DNA from: Leucoraja erinacea
Taxonomy: Eukaryota
DNA: 64,000 nt
Assembly: GCF_028641065.1 (NCBI RefSeq)
Contig: NC_073407.1
Location: forward strand, 19,592,001-19,656,000
Direction of reading: 5' to 3'
Shown here: positions 38,800 to 51,188 of the stretch, in pieces
Layout: each line of letters starts with the position of its first letter
How positions within the stretch are numbered: the first letter of the stretch is position 1
Translations under genes and position numbers: made by a program
Notes under the pieces: generated by a model
Database searches by the model: none
Told to the model about the DNA's origin: nothing
Seen by the model: only the letters and a program-made list of their open reading frames with translations

Positions 38800-39730
38800 A
38801 CTGGACTATAATTGGAAAAATAAGGGGAGATCTAGATGGAATGATCTGGATAGGATACAAGTGGAGCAACTTAAAAGGAAGAGAGGAGCAAAAGTAAACA
38901 CTGGTCCCTTGGAAGTGGAAGCAAGGGAATTAATAATAAGGCTGAAGGAAATTGTAAAAAAAAACATTAAACAAACGTTATATCTCTCTTTGCAGTCCAG
39001 TACATCAAAGGATTCCTGGAATAATAGTGATTGAAGGGCAAAATAGATTAAACAACTTAAATCAATTAATATTCCAATAGAAAAAGTACTCAGCAAATTA
39101 GTAAGACTGATGCTGTCAAACCCCCCAGACCTGATAGAATCCTGGGACTTGAAAATAAATGGTTGCTCTGATCCTGGTTATCATCTTCCAAAATTCCCTT
39201 GGATCTGGAAACTCTACAGCGGATTGAAGGGCATCAAGTATAATTACAAAATAAAAAGCAATCAGACAAGTAACCTGACATAAATTGATGGCGATATGAT
39301 GGGATCCTTTATATAGGAAGTGATAACAAAGCACTTAGTAAAATATAACATGACTAGGCTGAAACTACACCTTTTATGAAAGACAAATTGGATTAATAAA
39401 ATTACAGTTCTTTGAGAATATAATTTGCAGGATGGATAAGGAGAAAGAGTTTTTCAATGATATTCTATAAACTACCTCATAAAAGTGGCTGTGGAGGTTG
39501 GAAGTAATAAATTACTATGAACATAAGATTAGTTAAGGGACAGGAAACAAAGGGGAGGGATAAATGAATAATTTTCATGTTGGCAAACTGCAACTAATGG
39601 GATACCCGAGGGATCAGCGCTTCCGATTCATCCATTTACAGTCGATATCAATGAATTACTGTAGAAGAAAGGAGTGTGTATGAGAATCTATGTGAGTTGA
39701 TAGCACAAAGGTGAGTGAGAAAATAAGAAC
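38800..39730 (+). mobile_element. Old degenerate CR1 ORF2 (continues at about 40890-41435)
   Basis: Remnants of GPLE, PxxIIFQNSL and GIPEGS-type motifs, with many indels. Confidence 0.6.
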
Positions 39731-39739
39731 TGAGGAGAA

Positions 39740-40885
39740 CATCCAGGTCCAGCAACATAATCAAGGACAGGTTGCACGATGGCCATACCCTCTTCTCCCC
39801 TCTCCCATCAGGCACAAGGTATAGAGGAGTTAAAACCTCCAGATTCAGGGACAGTTTCGTCCAAGTTCTTATTAGGCAACTGTCTCATTCTTCACCAACC
39901 TAAGAGTAATGTTGAACTACTATCTACCTCTTTGGTGACTCTCGGACTATCCTTGATCAGCTTTGCTGGCTTTATAGACCACCAGGTGGCGCCACCGAAG
40001 GCTGCCTCACCAACGGTCAGTCTCGTCTTTTTTACTTTGTTGTTTTTAGTTTGTTGTAAAGTGTATGTTATAGTGTACTTCTGGTTTTGTATTGTGTGGG
40101 GGGTGGTGGGGGAAACTTTTTTTTAAATCTCTTTCCTCGATGGAGATGCAACATTTTTCCATGTTGTATCTCCGTCCGCACTGCGGCCTAACTGGCGGCC
40201 TCATGCTGGGGACCGACTTTGGGATCTCCAACCGCGGGAGCCTGTGGACTTAATATCGTGGAGTTTGCGATCCCTTCGTCAGGGATCGATTTCGGCAGCT
40301 CCAAGCCGCAGGAGCTTCGACGGCCCCGATCACGGGGAGCTTCGATCGGCCCGACTGCGGATGGTTCGACTCCCCCGACCGCAGGAGAAAAAGGAGGAAA
40401 GAAGATAAGACTTTATCGCCTTCCATCACAGTGAGGAATGTGGAGCAGCCGCTGTGGTGGATGTTTATGTCAAATGTTATGTCGTTGTGTAGTTGTGTGT
40501 CTTGTTGCTTTTTTGGTATGAATGTGTGGCAAATCAAATTCCTCGTATGTTACAAAACATATTTGGCTAATAAATTATGATTATGATTATGATTACCTTG
40601 CACTAAATGTTATTCCCTTCTCATGTATCTATTGTAATTATGTATTGTCTTTCAGCTGACTGGATAGCATGCAACAAAGGTAGACAAAATTGCTGGAGAA
40701 AATCAGCGGGTGCTGCAACATCTATGGAGCAAAGGAAAAGGCAACGTTTCGGGCAAAAACCCTTCTCCAGCATCTGCAGTTCCTTCTTGAGCATGCAACA
40801 AAACCGTTTTACTGTATCTCGGTACACGTGACAATAAACTAAACTGAACTGAAACTGAAACTGAAACTGAACTGAACTGAAACTG
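39740..40885 (+). mobile_element. Rex1/Babar-type LINE 3' end hosting two nested insertions
   Basis: HTLFSPLPSG-type coding end, ACACGTGACAATAAAC and a (CTGAA)n tail. Split by elements at 39975-40595 and 40678-40790. Confidence 0.7.
39975..40595 (+). mobile_element. Non-coding retroelement with CTCF-like head, 3' stem-loop and (ATTATG)n tail
   Basis: Splits the host LINE UTR at GGCTTTA|CCTTGCAC. Same architecture as 10489-11375. Internal GGGAGCTTCGA subrepeats. Confidence 0.7.
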
Positions 40886-41436
40886 ATTAAATGAGTGGGC
40901 AAAAATACAACAATGAAAAGATTACAAAGTGAAAAATGATGTTATTCACATTGGGGGGAACAGCAAAAAGATAAAATCTTAGTTAAATAGTAAGAATAAA
41001 GATTTGTGCTCAGAATGATCTCAATAAAATAGTACAGAAAATTACCATGCACATACAGCAAGAAGGAAAATAGATGTTTAGCTTAATTGCAAGAGAGTGG
41101 AATACAAGGTTTCTGTACAAGGTTTTGGCACAACCACATTTAATTACCCAATTCAAGGAAGGATATAATTGCACAGTAGGAGATAAATGTATGTTTGTTG
41201 AATTAATCCCCGGGATAGTGGTTGTAGGATGTGCTGTAATTTAGTGGGGCAGTTGTGGGGCAGCAGGATTGTCTTTTGAGGAAGGATTAAGCAGAATGGG
41301 ACCATGCTCTCTGAAACTTAAAAGCATGAGAAGTGATTATAATCTGAGGAGGTTTAGCAGGATACGTAGGATAACTAGTGCGAGGATATTTTTTCAGTGT
41401 GTGGGAAATGTAGAGCAAGAACAGTTTCAGATGATA

Positions 41437-42267
41437 AGTGATTAGTATGTTTGCAGATGACACTAAAGTGGGTGATATTGTAGATAGCACAGACGTTTAT
41501 CAAAAATTACAGCAGGATCTTGATCAGTTGGGCAAATGGGCTGAGGAATGGTTAATGTTGCTTAATGCAGATAATGGAGATATGTGTGAGGTGTTGCATT
41601 TTGGGAAGTCAAACCAGGGCGAGATCTTCATAGTGAATGGCAGGGCTCTGGGGAATGATGCATACCAGAGAGATCTAGGAGTGCAGGTGCATAGTTCCTT
41701 GAAAGCAGGGTAGTCAAGAAGGCTTTCGGCACATTGACCACCAGTTTGAGTATAGAAGTTGGAATGTTATGTGAACTTTGGACAAGAAGCTGGTGAGGCC
41801 TTTTTTGGAGTACAGGTATTGTCCAAGCAAATAACTGCAAATTTAAGATGTTACCAGGACTTGAGGGTCTGAGCTTTAGGGAGGGTTTGGGTAGGCTAGA
41901 ACTTTATTTGTTGGAGCACAGGAGGATGGGGGTGATCTTTTTGAGGTGTATAAGATCATGAGGGGAACAGATAGGGTAGATGCACAGAGTCTTTTATCCA
42001 AAGTAGAGGGTGAGAGAGGAAAGAATTAATAGGAACCTGAGTGGCAACTTTTTTACTCAGGGTGGTAGGTATATGGAACATGCTACCAGAGGAAGTAGTT
42101 GATGCAGGTACTATAGTTTAAAATGCATTTGGACAGGTGCAGAGAAACATATGGTTTAGAGGGATATGCGCCAAACGTGGGCAAGTGGGACTAGTGTTGA
42201 TGGGGCTTTGTGGTCGGCATGGGCAATTGGGCTGTAGGACCTGTTTCCATGCTGTATGACTCTATGA
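41437..42267 (+). mobile_element. CR1 LINE RT-to-3'-end fragment
   Basis: ISMFADDTKVGDIVDS...LQQDLDQLGKWAEEW...CEVLHFGKSN...QRDLGVQVHSSLK and a TATGACTCTATGA tail. Confidence 0.9.
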
Positions 42268-42779
42268 ATCTGTGGATAGATACTAAGTCATTAAATATAT
42301 TCATGGCTCAGGCAGAATTTAAAACTATAAGATAACAGCATTACGAGATTTGGGATTGGAAAGGAAAATAGAACTGAGATCAAAGATCATTTTAGTTGTG
42401 ATCTTCTTATTGAACGGCAGACTATCTATTTATTTTGGTCTTATAATTGCAGAGAAGGTTAGTGGAAAAGGTAAGATACAAATTATTTTATGTTATCTTG
42501 TATCAGGGATTGGCGATCTTTACCTTCTGGGAGAAAAGATCATCTGTGGATAGATTTACTGAAGAGGTTAAAATTGATGTTAGTTTTATAGCATAAGTAA
42601 GGAGAAAACGTTTCCAGAGGCAGGAGGATTGTGAATTAGAGGTTGAGGATTTAAAATAATTTGCCTCGGGACCCAAGAGTAGATGAGGAGCCAGCATGAT
42701 TTGTGATCAGCAGTGCACTGCCTGAAATGGACATGGAGACAATTTCAATAGTAATCTTTTAAAAGTTAGGATTAAATGT

Positions 42780-43195
42780 CAGGACCACACACTCATCTCC
42801 CTGCTACCTTCAGGTAGAAGGTACAGGAGTCTGAAGACTGCAACGACCAGGTTCAGGAATAGCTACTTCCCCACAGCCATCAGGCTATTAAACCTGGCTC
42901 GGACAAAACTCTGATCATTAATAACCCATTATCTGTTATTTGCACTTTATGCAAAACGTTATTTGCATTTCGTTGTCTCTGTACTGTACACTGACAATGA
43001 CAATTAAAATTGAATCTGAATCTGAATCTGATCAGTGTATTTATTCTTGTGTGTATATATTTATATAATGGTATATGGACACACTGATCTGTTTTGCAGT
43101 AAATGCCTACTATGTTCTGTGTGCTGAAGCAAGGCAAGAATTTCATTGTCCTATCAGGGACACATAATAAACTCACTTGAACTTGAACTTGAACA
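42780..43195 (+). mobile_element. Rex1/Babar-type LINE 3' end with a nested second tail
   Basis: HTLISLLPSGRRYRSLKTATTRFRNSYFPTAIRLLN, a (CTTGAA)n tail and an internal (TCTGAA)n-tailed piece. Confidence 0.8.
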
Positions 43196-44843
43196 TGCCT
43201 ATGGGACAGAGTGGATGAGTGAGGCGATGGTTGGTGGATGTAATTGAGCAGTTCCTTCAAAGAACCAATGTGGACATTATGATTTGTATGGCCGACTTGT
43301 GTACTGTAAAACTCTACTTCTATAACGGATCCTCAGGTTTTAGGAGTTTAGTTCTTAGAATAATAGTCGCACTTAACTCTGATGGAACAATCTATTTCAC
43401 CATTGTTCACAAACCGGTTGAATGTACTCGCTTTTGTTTGCAGATTGTATTTCGTGGCATTAAATATTATTGGAGCCATGGAAGGAAGGAAGTGAAATGC
43501 GGATAATTTTGCTGTTGAAACCAAATCTATTTTCTAACATTGTCCTCCTGCTCTCTTACCCCCGAGATAATGAGTTACCTCCCTTTCTCCTTTTCGATAT
43601 TGTTAATATACAAAAGGAGGATCTAAATGAATGGGGGAATTTTCTTCAGTGTCCTAGTCAATATTTATAACTCAATTGACAATGCTTGTACAAGTGAACT
43701 GCCTCTGCATTCTATTATTATTTGTCACTAAATGACATCCTCCTTTACTAAAAGCACCATTTCATTGTAATCTGTTCATGTTAATCATGGGATCTTCCCA
43801 TGTGTCAATTATCCAGTTTCCCACATTAAAGTACTCTACAAGCTACAAGAGATACATTACTTGTAAAGGTCACTAACATTCAGACCTCATTCCTTTTCAT
43901 TCAAAGACAATTATAACGTCTCAATATCACAAACAAGAAGTAAAGAGGTTATTTGGGCTCCAAAATCTACTCTGCCATTGGATGTCATGGCTGGTTTTCT
44001 TTCTCAATTCCACTTCCCCATTCAAAACTCACGTTCCAGAAATGACATGATGCCCAAAATCTAATCTAATCAATCTCCATCTTGAAAATCGGAGTTACAG
44101 AGGCCCCTGGGCCACAGGGTATCAAATTCCGATGGATTTGAAAGAACCATGTTTGTGTGGAATATCTGCAAAGCCAGCATCAAATGGGATTCAGCTGCAC
44201 CACAAAAAAACAAGTTACAAAGCTCCAAATATTATTGTTCCCAACCAGCAGTTGGAAAGAGAGCCATAGCAGTGTACACTGACTAATAGCACACTGACTG
44301 TTCAATTTAATGAAGGAGTAACAAGATCTGCAGTCTTATCGACCTCCACAGCTCAACAGCTTCCCAGTTCCAGAAGGGGAATTGAAACTGGCTGATGTTC
44401 TGCAGAAAAGACAAACAGATGCAATTAGCGTCAACATCAAAGATTTATTTAGATTCCCCACACGGGCAATTTTCAAAAAATGATGAATTGCTTGAAAGAA
44501 GAGGGCAGTCATCAGTGACAGCTTGCTGAGACTTTCTAAGTATGTATATTTTGTGTGAGTGTGGATGCATATCCTATCCAGCATCAATGCATGCGACTGT
44601 GGGAGGCTTGTGTGTTGTCCGCATGCCTAATGATGTATACTGTGGTATCTTTGTGACCCGTCTATTAATGGATGTGTGAGTGAGTTAGTGTGTTTACGTT
44701 TAGTCCTGTGCATGCCTGCGTTCGGATGATTACATTTATCAGTATGCATGCTTACGTCCGTGTGCATGCATAACGTTACACAAGCTGTTTTATATGTAAA
44801 ACATTTTAAAACATTGACGATAAGCAACTTGGGATATCCTGAG

Positions 44844-44968
44844 TGTAGGAGCAAAATGGAAAGGGCACGTGGGGCTTGAAGTAACGGGCGATTTATTAAA
44901 TTGGTCTGCACCAGTTCAATAAATCACCCCGTTACTTCAACGCGTGGCCTTTCCATTTTGCTCCGACA
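44844..44968. mobile_element. 125-bp hairpin MITE with TGT...ACA ends
   Basis: The arms pair over nearly their whole length around a CTGC loop. Flanks are CTGAG and TTGAG. Confidence 0.7.
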
Positions 44969-45053
44969 TTGAGGTTGTGAAAATCATTACCCCCAGTTTG
45001 CCAACAGCCTTTGGAAGTTTGAAGAAAAGATTGTTTGAAAGTCAAAACCTTGA

Positions 45054-45824
45054 AGGGCCTGTCCCACTTAGGTGACTTTTTCGGCGAGTGCAGGAGACAC
45101 TGCGCTCACCTCATCATCGGCACATGGTCGGCACATGTTCACTGGTGGTCTCTGGTGAGTCTCCTTCATGATCGCGAGGAGTTCCCGCATTCTGGGAACT
45201 AGTCGCGGCCTCAGTACGGTCGCCGCAAATTTTTCAACATGTTGCCATGGAGAAAATCGCTAATCCTGTAGTCGTAGTGGGGTCGCCATGGAGTTATGGG
45301 TAGTCCAGGTAGTCATAGGTAGCTTTAGTTCATCGCCTTTGCTGACAAGGCACTTTCAATGTCTTATTGGGGAGCATGAGTTTTCAGAACCAAGGTTAAC
45401 CGACCGGTAATGTTAAATGCCCGCCAAACTTCACAGCTGTGTATCTCTGGCTTATTAAAGGTTGTCTGGCTTCTTAAAAGTGTCTCCCACTCCCCCCCCT
45501 ATCCCCCCCCCCCCCCCCCCCCCCCCCACTTCTCCCTGCCTCCCCCCCCCCCCCATTTTAAAGGACTTAAGGTACACTGTGCTAGCCGTCTTAACCTTCC
45601 TGTACGGTGTGTGTCTGTATCACCTTGGCTTTGCACCATGTGAATTTCAGACAGCGCTCCCCTGCTTTCCCTGGCCCCCGCCTTTGCGATGTGTTTGTGT
45701 GTGTGTGTGTGTGTGTGTTCCACTCTGACAGTCGCCCTTCCAGTTCCCGGTTTTTCAGGCGAGTGCCACAAACTTGACAGTCGTCGGCAGTCCGCTGAAA
45801 AATCGCCTAAGTGGGACAGGGCCT
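45054..45824. mobile_element. PIF/Harbinger-like non-autonomous element
   Basis: TIR AGGGCCTGTCCCACTTAGG...CCTAAGTGGGACAGGGCCT, flanked by TGA and TAA. Internal poly-C and (TG)n. Confidence 0.85.
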
Positions 45825-46027
45825 TAACATGGCACAAAGCTCAGTGTCTCTTAGGTAGCAGTTATCTTTGTACTCCTTTGAGACAGACTACTTCTAGCAG
45901 GTAAAATACTGGAGGGATATCATCAAAGCGGTGTCTGCAAAATCCTCCGAGTCCACTGAACCAATATCAGCGTCCTTTCCCAGGCCAGCATCAAGGCTTG
46001 GATTACTCAAATCACTCAAAGCGATGG

Positions 46028-46365
46028 GCGAAATTTAAATCTGCAGCCTACACCAGCCTGAAGCCGCGGTCTCCGGTGGGCAGGAGCCGATTCTGGACTT
46101 ACCTTGACTTTTACCTTGTCCTTTTACCATCTGGACGCCCGCAGCAACGGCTGCGGAAGTTTGAGGTCCCGACCATGGGGGAAAATGGAGGAGGACTGGC
46201 CAATTTTTGTGCCTTCCACCACAGTGATGAATGCTGTGGTGGATGTTTGTGTTAACTTTTTTATCGTGTATTGTGTGTCCTTTCTCATTGTACCGCTGCT
46301 GACAAATTCATTTCACTTGCACTTTATGTGCAATGTGACGAATAAAACTGATTGTATTGTATTGT
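46028..46365 (+). mobile_element. Truncated non-coding retroelement with the shared 3' stem-loop and (ATTGT)n tail
   Basis: TCCACCACAG-loop-CTGTGGTGGA at 46215-46243, AATAAA and a microsatellite tail. Confidence 0.65.
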
Positions 46366-47374
46366 ATATTGGTCATGAGCCCGATACCATGCTGCGTAAA
46401 CAAATACAATACAAGCTATTCCCCAGGTCACGAACGGGACCCATTTATACAGATGTCCATGTCAATTTTGTCCAGTAGTCAGCAAATAGTCAAATATCAG
46501 TCGATTGAGTAACCGTGTCTCCACAGTGTTGCAGTGAATGGTATCAAAAGCACCGAAGACAAAGCAGAAAGTGAAGAGAACGAGGAAACACATTTTGCCA
46601 TTCATTGGAATGAACGCATGTACGTGTGATGGACTTTTGAACATTAATAATGCTATGGGAGCTCACTCATGGGGGTGTCCCTAAATCAGGCTTTGGTTAC
46701 CCAGGCTGAACTGAACTCCATCATGGCAAGAATTTACCAGGTGAACAATGGAAAAGATTTACGGCTGTTCAACATTTGTGGTATCCCCAAATCCTGGAAT
46801 CATTGGTCTACGCTTGCCCAAACTACAAGAGGAGCATTAGGGATGGCTTGACAACCTGAAACCTATTCATCTGATGTACTCAGAAGTTGAGCGTAAGCAG
46901 CAGGAGTGCACCAACTCCTACCACCCACCAGCCCACCATATCAAGGACCAGGCACCCCAAATGTGGCATTGGCTTTATCAGTCACCTCAGAAACCACAGA
47001 AGACAGATGGAAGCAAGTCATGCTAACTCTTGAGTGACTGCCTAAGAGAGTGAGTGAGCGAGGAATTGCAAGTTCTCTCTTCCTTTCATCACTCCAGGGT
47101 TCAAAGGATAGAATCTTCTTTGAGGGGCAAACAAGACCAGATATTGCCCACGGTTAGCATGAATCTTAAAAGAGGCATTAAAGGGAGGATGTCGATGGCA
47201 ACAGCAGTGTAACACATGTGGGAGTCAGCAAAACCAGGTGGAAAAGGGAAAACAAGAAGGAAACTGAATCCATCAAGAAAAAAATGAGCTTCTTAAATCA
47301 GCCTTTGTAATCCTCCAATGATAACAGAGCTAAATTCCCAGACCAATAATCCATAATCCCAAAATGATCATGTC

Positions 47375-47880
47375 ATAAACGATAGGAGCAGAATTAGGCC
47401 ATTCGGCCCATTAAGTCTACTCCGCCAGTCAATCATGGCTGATCTATCTCTCCTTCCTCAACCCATTTTCCTGCCTTCTCCCCATAACTCCTGACACCCG
47501 GAATAATCAAGAATCCATCTATCTCTGCCTTCAAAATATCCATTGACTTGGATAGACACAAAAAGCTGGAGTAACTCAGCTGGACAGGCAGCATCTCGGG
47601 AGAGAAGGAATGGGTAACGTTTCGGGTCGAGACCCTTCTTCAGCCTCCACAGCCTTCTGTGGCAAAGAATTCCACAGATTCACCACCCTCTGACCAAAGA
47701 AATTCCCCAATAAAACTCCGTCTTAAAGGAATGTCCTTTAATTCTGAGGCTAGTCCTAGATTCTCCCAAAAATGGAAACATCCTCTCCACATCCACTCTA
47801 AGCCATTTACTATTCGGGAAGTTTCAATGAGGTGTCCCCTCATCCTTCTAAACTCCAGGGAGTTGAGGCCCAGTGCCGTC
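47375..47880 (-). mobile_element. CR1 LINE 3' end split by a Penelope terminus
   Basis: ALGLNSLEFRRMRGHLIET. The insertion at 47551-47643 splits GACTTGG|CCTCCACAGCC. Confidence 0.85.
47616..47643 (-). ncRNA. Minimal hammerhead-ribozyme-like core within a Penelope terminus
   Basis: The minus strand reads CTGAAGA-A-GGGT(CTCG)ACCC-GAAACGTT: CUGANGA box, stem II, GAAA, palindromic ACGT stem III and NUH triplet. Stem I is weak and activity is untested. Confidence 0.55.
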
Positions 47881-48597
47881 AAGATGATCTAGACACGCAT
47901 TTACATCTCATCATAGGGACAAGAGAATGTAAATGCAATTGATTAAATTAAAATGACTGAGAACACTAGGGTCAGTAGTGCAGCCCATGAAACTACTGGG
48001 CTGTTATTTTAAAATCCACCATGTTCACCAATTTCTTCCGCTATCCTTACCCAATCTGCCCTAGGTGGTATCACAAACATGCAGCAATGTGGTTGGCTCT
48101 GGAATGGCTGAGCAATCCATACAATTCAAGAAAATAAAAAATCTGCAGATGCTGGAAATCTGAAATAAATACAGAAAATCAGTGGGTCAGTCAGCATCTG
48201 ATGAAGGGTCTTGGTGGTGAAACTTTAACTGTTTTTCCTTCCTCAGAAACAGCAGGCTGAATGATTCCAGCTTTTCATGATTTCATTCAATTCGAGGCCA
48301 GACAGTTAAGCAATAATTGCTGCTTTTGGCCGTCTCCCCCACATCCCTTGAAATAATTAAATGGAATATGCAATTGGATAATTCCCTGCTTAAATCATGT
48401 TTTAATCATCAGATTATGTAGATGCAAATGCTCCTAAATAGTTTTTCCTTCATTTAAAAAAATATATATATGTGGATTCAATATCCAATGGTTAATGGTG
48501 AGATAATATTACGTGTCTGATGGCAGGAAGCATAGAAGCAAGATGGTAGGAGGAAGAAGTTTATGAGGTAGTACATTCAGGGCACTCCAGAGACAGC

Positions 48598-49257
48598 TTG
48601 TACTGGAGCCGACCAGGTAGAAGGCAATTCTGGATTTAGTGTCATGTAATGAACCGGATTTGATAAAGGACCTCGAGGTTAATGAGCCAATAGGAGGCAG
48701 CGACCATAACATGGTCAGGTTTAATCTACAATTGGAGAGGGAGATGGGTAAATTGGAGGAGTCAGTGTTGCAGGACTATGGGGCCATGAGGGAGGAGCTG
48801 GCCAAAGTTGACTGGAAAGATACACTAGCAGGGATGACAGTGGAACAAAAATGGCAGGTATTTCTATGAATAATACAGAAGGTGCAGGATCAGTTCATTC
48901 TAGGAGGAAGAAAGATTCCAAGGGGAGAAAGGGACGACCATGGCTGACAAGGGACGTCAGGGACAGTATAAAAATTAAAGCGAAGAAGTACAACGTAGCA
49001 AAGATGAGCGGGAAGCAAGAGGATTGGGTAATGTTTAAAGAAGAACAGAAGATTACCAAAAAGACAATACGGGAAGAAAAGATGAGGTATGAAGGTAAGC
49101 TAGCCGAGAATATAAAGCAGGATAGTAAAAGCATCTTTATGTATGTGAAGAGGAAAAAATTAGTTAAAATCAAAGTTGGACCCTTGAAGACCGAAAAAGG
49201 TGAATTTATAATGGGGAACAAGAAAATGGCAGATGAGTTGAATGGGTACTTTGGATC
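48598..49257 (+). mobile_element. CR1 LINE ORF2 internal fragment (endonuclease end and linker)
   Basis: EPTR*KAILDLVSCNEPDLI...IGGSDHNMVRF...PWLT...YEGKLAENIKQDSKSIFMYVKRKK...VGPLK...MADELNGYFGS. Confidence 0.88.
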
Positions 49258-49688
49258 TTTCGGGAGATTGTGCCTCCTATTTCTGGATACATCAGGAAGG
49301 GGAAGCAACCTCATGGTGTCTATTCTGTCAAACCCTCTCAAATTGAATTTGTCAGTCATTTGGTCTTTGTCTGTGGGGATGCCCAGTTTTACTGATGCTG
49401 CTCATCTTGGCCACTGCTTTGTGAGGGCACTTGATTAAGGATTGGTGGCATGGGATTTGTTGGTGACACCATTTCAACCAATTTAAATCTGTGTGCTTCT
49501 CGTATCTCTCACAGTTCACATGGGACTACTTCGAAAATGGAGACAACTGGTTTATTCTAACAGTTAATGACACTTCTAATGTTAAGCAGGCAGTGACAAA
49601 ATTGTGATAAATCCTCTTGACAACTGAATTGAGATTAGGTGGCAGCATGGTTAAGTAAATCTCACGACCCTTCGTATTTTGTATGTTA

Positions 49689-49694
49689 TCTCTC

Positions 49695-49739
<45 letters not shown>
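49689..49739 (+). repeat. (CT)n microsatellite
   Basis: Read directly. Confidence 0.95.
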
Positions 49740-49743
<4 letters not shown>

Positions 49744-50284
49744 GATTGCAGTCAGTCTAAATCTCTGACGCCCATATACAAAGCCAAGGATTGTGCTTTT
49801 AAAAGAATGTATTTGCATTTAGATACTGTTTTTTACAGCCACCGATAACAAATTGCACTTTAACATGAGAGTGGTTTGGAAGTACTTTGGAAGTAATGTA
49901 GAAGAGCAGGCAACCAATATGAACACAGCAAGATCCCACAATTATTGATATGCAGCATGTATTTTGTTTAGTAATATTGACTGAGTAATGAATATTGACC
50001 AACACCCTCATGAGAACTTCCCTTCTCTTCAAAATAATCTTTTATGTTAACGTTAATGACATTTGGGTCCTCGGTTTAATATCCCATCTGCAAAACTGTA
50101 TCTCTGTTAATGCAGAGAATACTGCAGTCCCATCTCAAATCCACAACTCCCAGACTCAGAGGCAAGGATATTATCACTGATCCAGAGATCGCTCTCCCTC
50201 ACTTGAGGAATTCCATCCATGGCAGTGCTCATTTCTTTAAGAAATCAGTAGACGACACAAAGCATCCCAGGCAGCTTTCGTCTT

Positions 50285-50411
50285 TAAGAAGGAACTGCAG
50301 ATGCTGGAAAATCGAAGGTACACAAAAATGCTGGAGAAACTCAGCGGGTGCAGCAGCATCTATGGAGCGAAGGAAATAGGCAACGTTTCGAGCCGAAACC
50401 CTTCTTCAGAC
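50285..50411 (-). mobile_element. Single Penelope terminus with hammerhead core (50382-50409)
   Basis: The minus strand reads GTCTGAAGAAGGGTTTCGGCTCGAAACGTTGCC...CAGTTCCTTCTTAAA. Further copies lie at about 29487-29632, 31517-31610, 40678-40790, 47551-47643, 52817-52942 and 53727-53836. Confidence 0.8.
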
Positions 50412-50972
50412 TTTAGTTCTTAGTTTAGAGATATGTCTTATGGTCTTATGATTTAAATGACAAATGTCTTCAGCGTTGGTTTGGGATTGAATGACAGTTT
50501 ATAAATATGATCTCTATCTATGGTTCAACTGCTTATTACATAGATTCATTCAGACTGGAGTGATTCACTAATAAAAAATAGTCAGGATCATCTATATTTA
50601 CACAGACATTTCTGCTTCTCTAAGGAAGTCCTTCAGGGTCAAGGATGACTAGTTTCTAGTTTAGTTCCACACTTTCTGTGAAGTCAATGTGGGATCAGCA
50701 GACTCTGTCTGGGTGGGACACAGATTGGGGGTGTATGTGTGGGATGTACTGCACTCCTGCTCCTTCCACTGTGCTTCCATCCCAGATGCTCTGTCTCCAT
50801 TTTGAATGCTTACAGGTCAGATTGTCACATGTTGGTCACAATGTTACAATTTGTTAAGGGGGCCTTTGTGAGCATCCTTGAAGAATTTCCTCTGGTCCTC
50901 TTGGTAACCTCGTGCTATAGCTCAAAGTAGTGCTTGTTTTAGGTATTTAGTGTCAAGCATCCAAACAATATG

Positions 50973-51188
50973 TTCAAGAAGGAACTGCAGATGCTGGAAA
51001 ATCGAAGGTACACAAAAATGCTGGAGAAACTCAGCGGGTGCAGCAGCATTTATGGAGCGAAGGAAATAGGCAACGTTTCGGGCCGAAACCCTTAGGGTTA
51101 CGGCCCGAAACGTTGCCTATTTCCTTCGCTCCATAGATGCTGCTGCACCCGCTGAGTTTCTCCAGCATTTCTCCAGCATTTTGTGTAC
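50973..51188. mobile_element. Fold-back (inverted) Penelope-terminus insertion with 15-bp TSD
   Basis: AAGAAGGAACTGCAGATGCTGG...GTTTCGGGCCGAAACCC is followed by its reverse complement. It is flanked by CATCCAAACAATATG at 50958-50972 and 51189-51203. Confidence 0.85.

Noticed and set aside
44336-44420. Acceptor-like TTTTCTGCAG followed by a short ORF (similar case near 36090)
   Set aside because: No recognisable protein and no matching donor found. Cannot be supported without RNA data.
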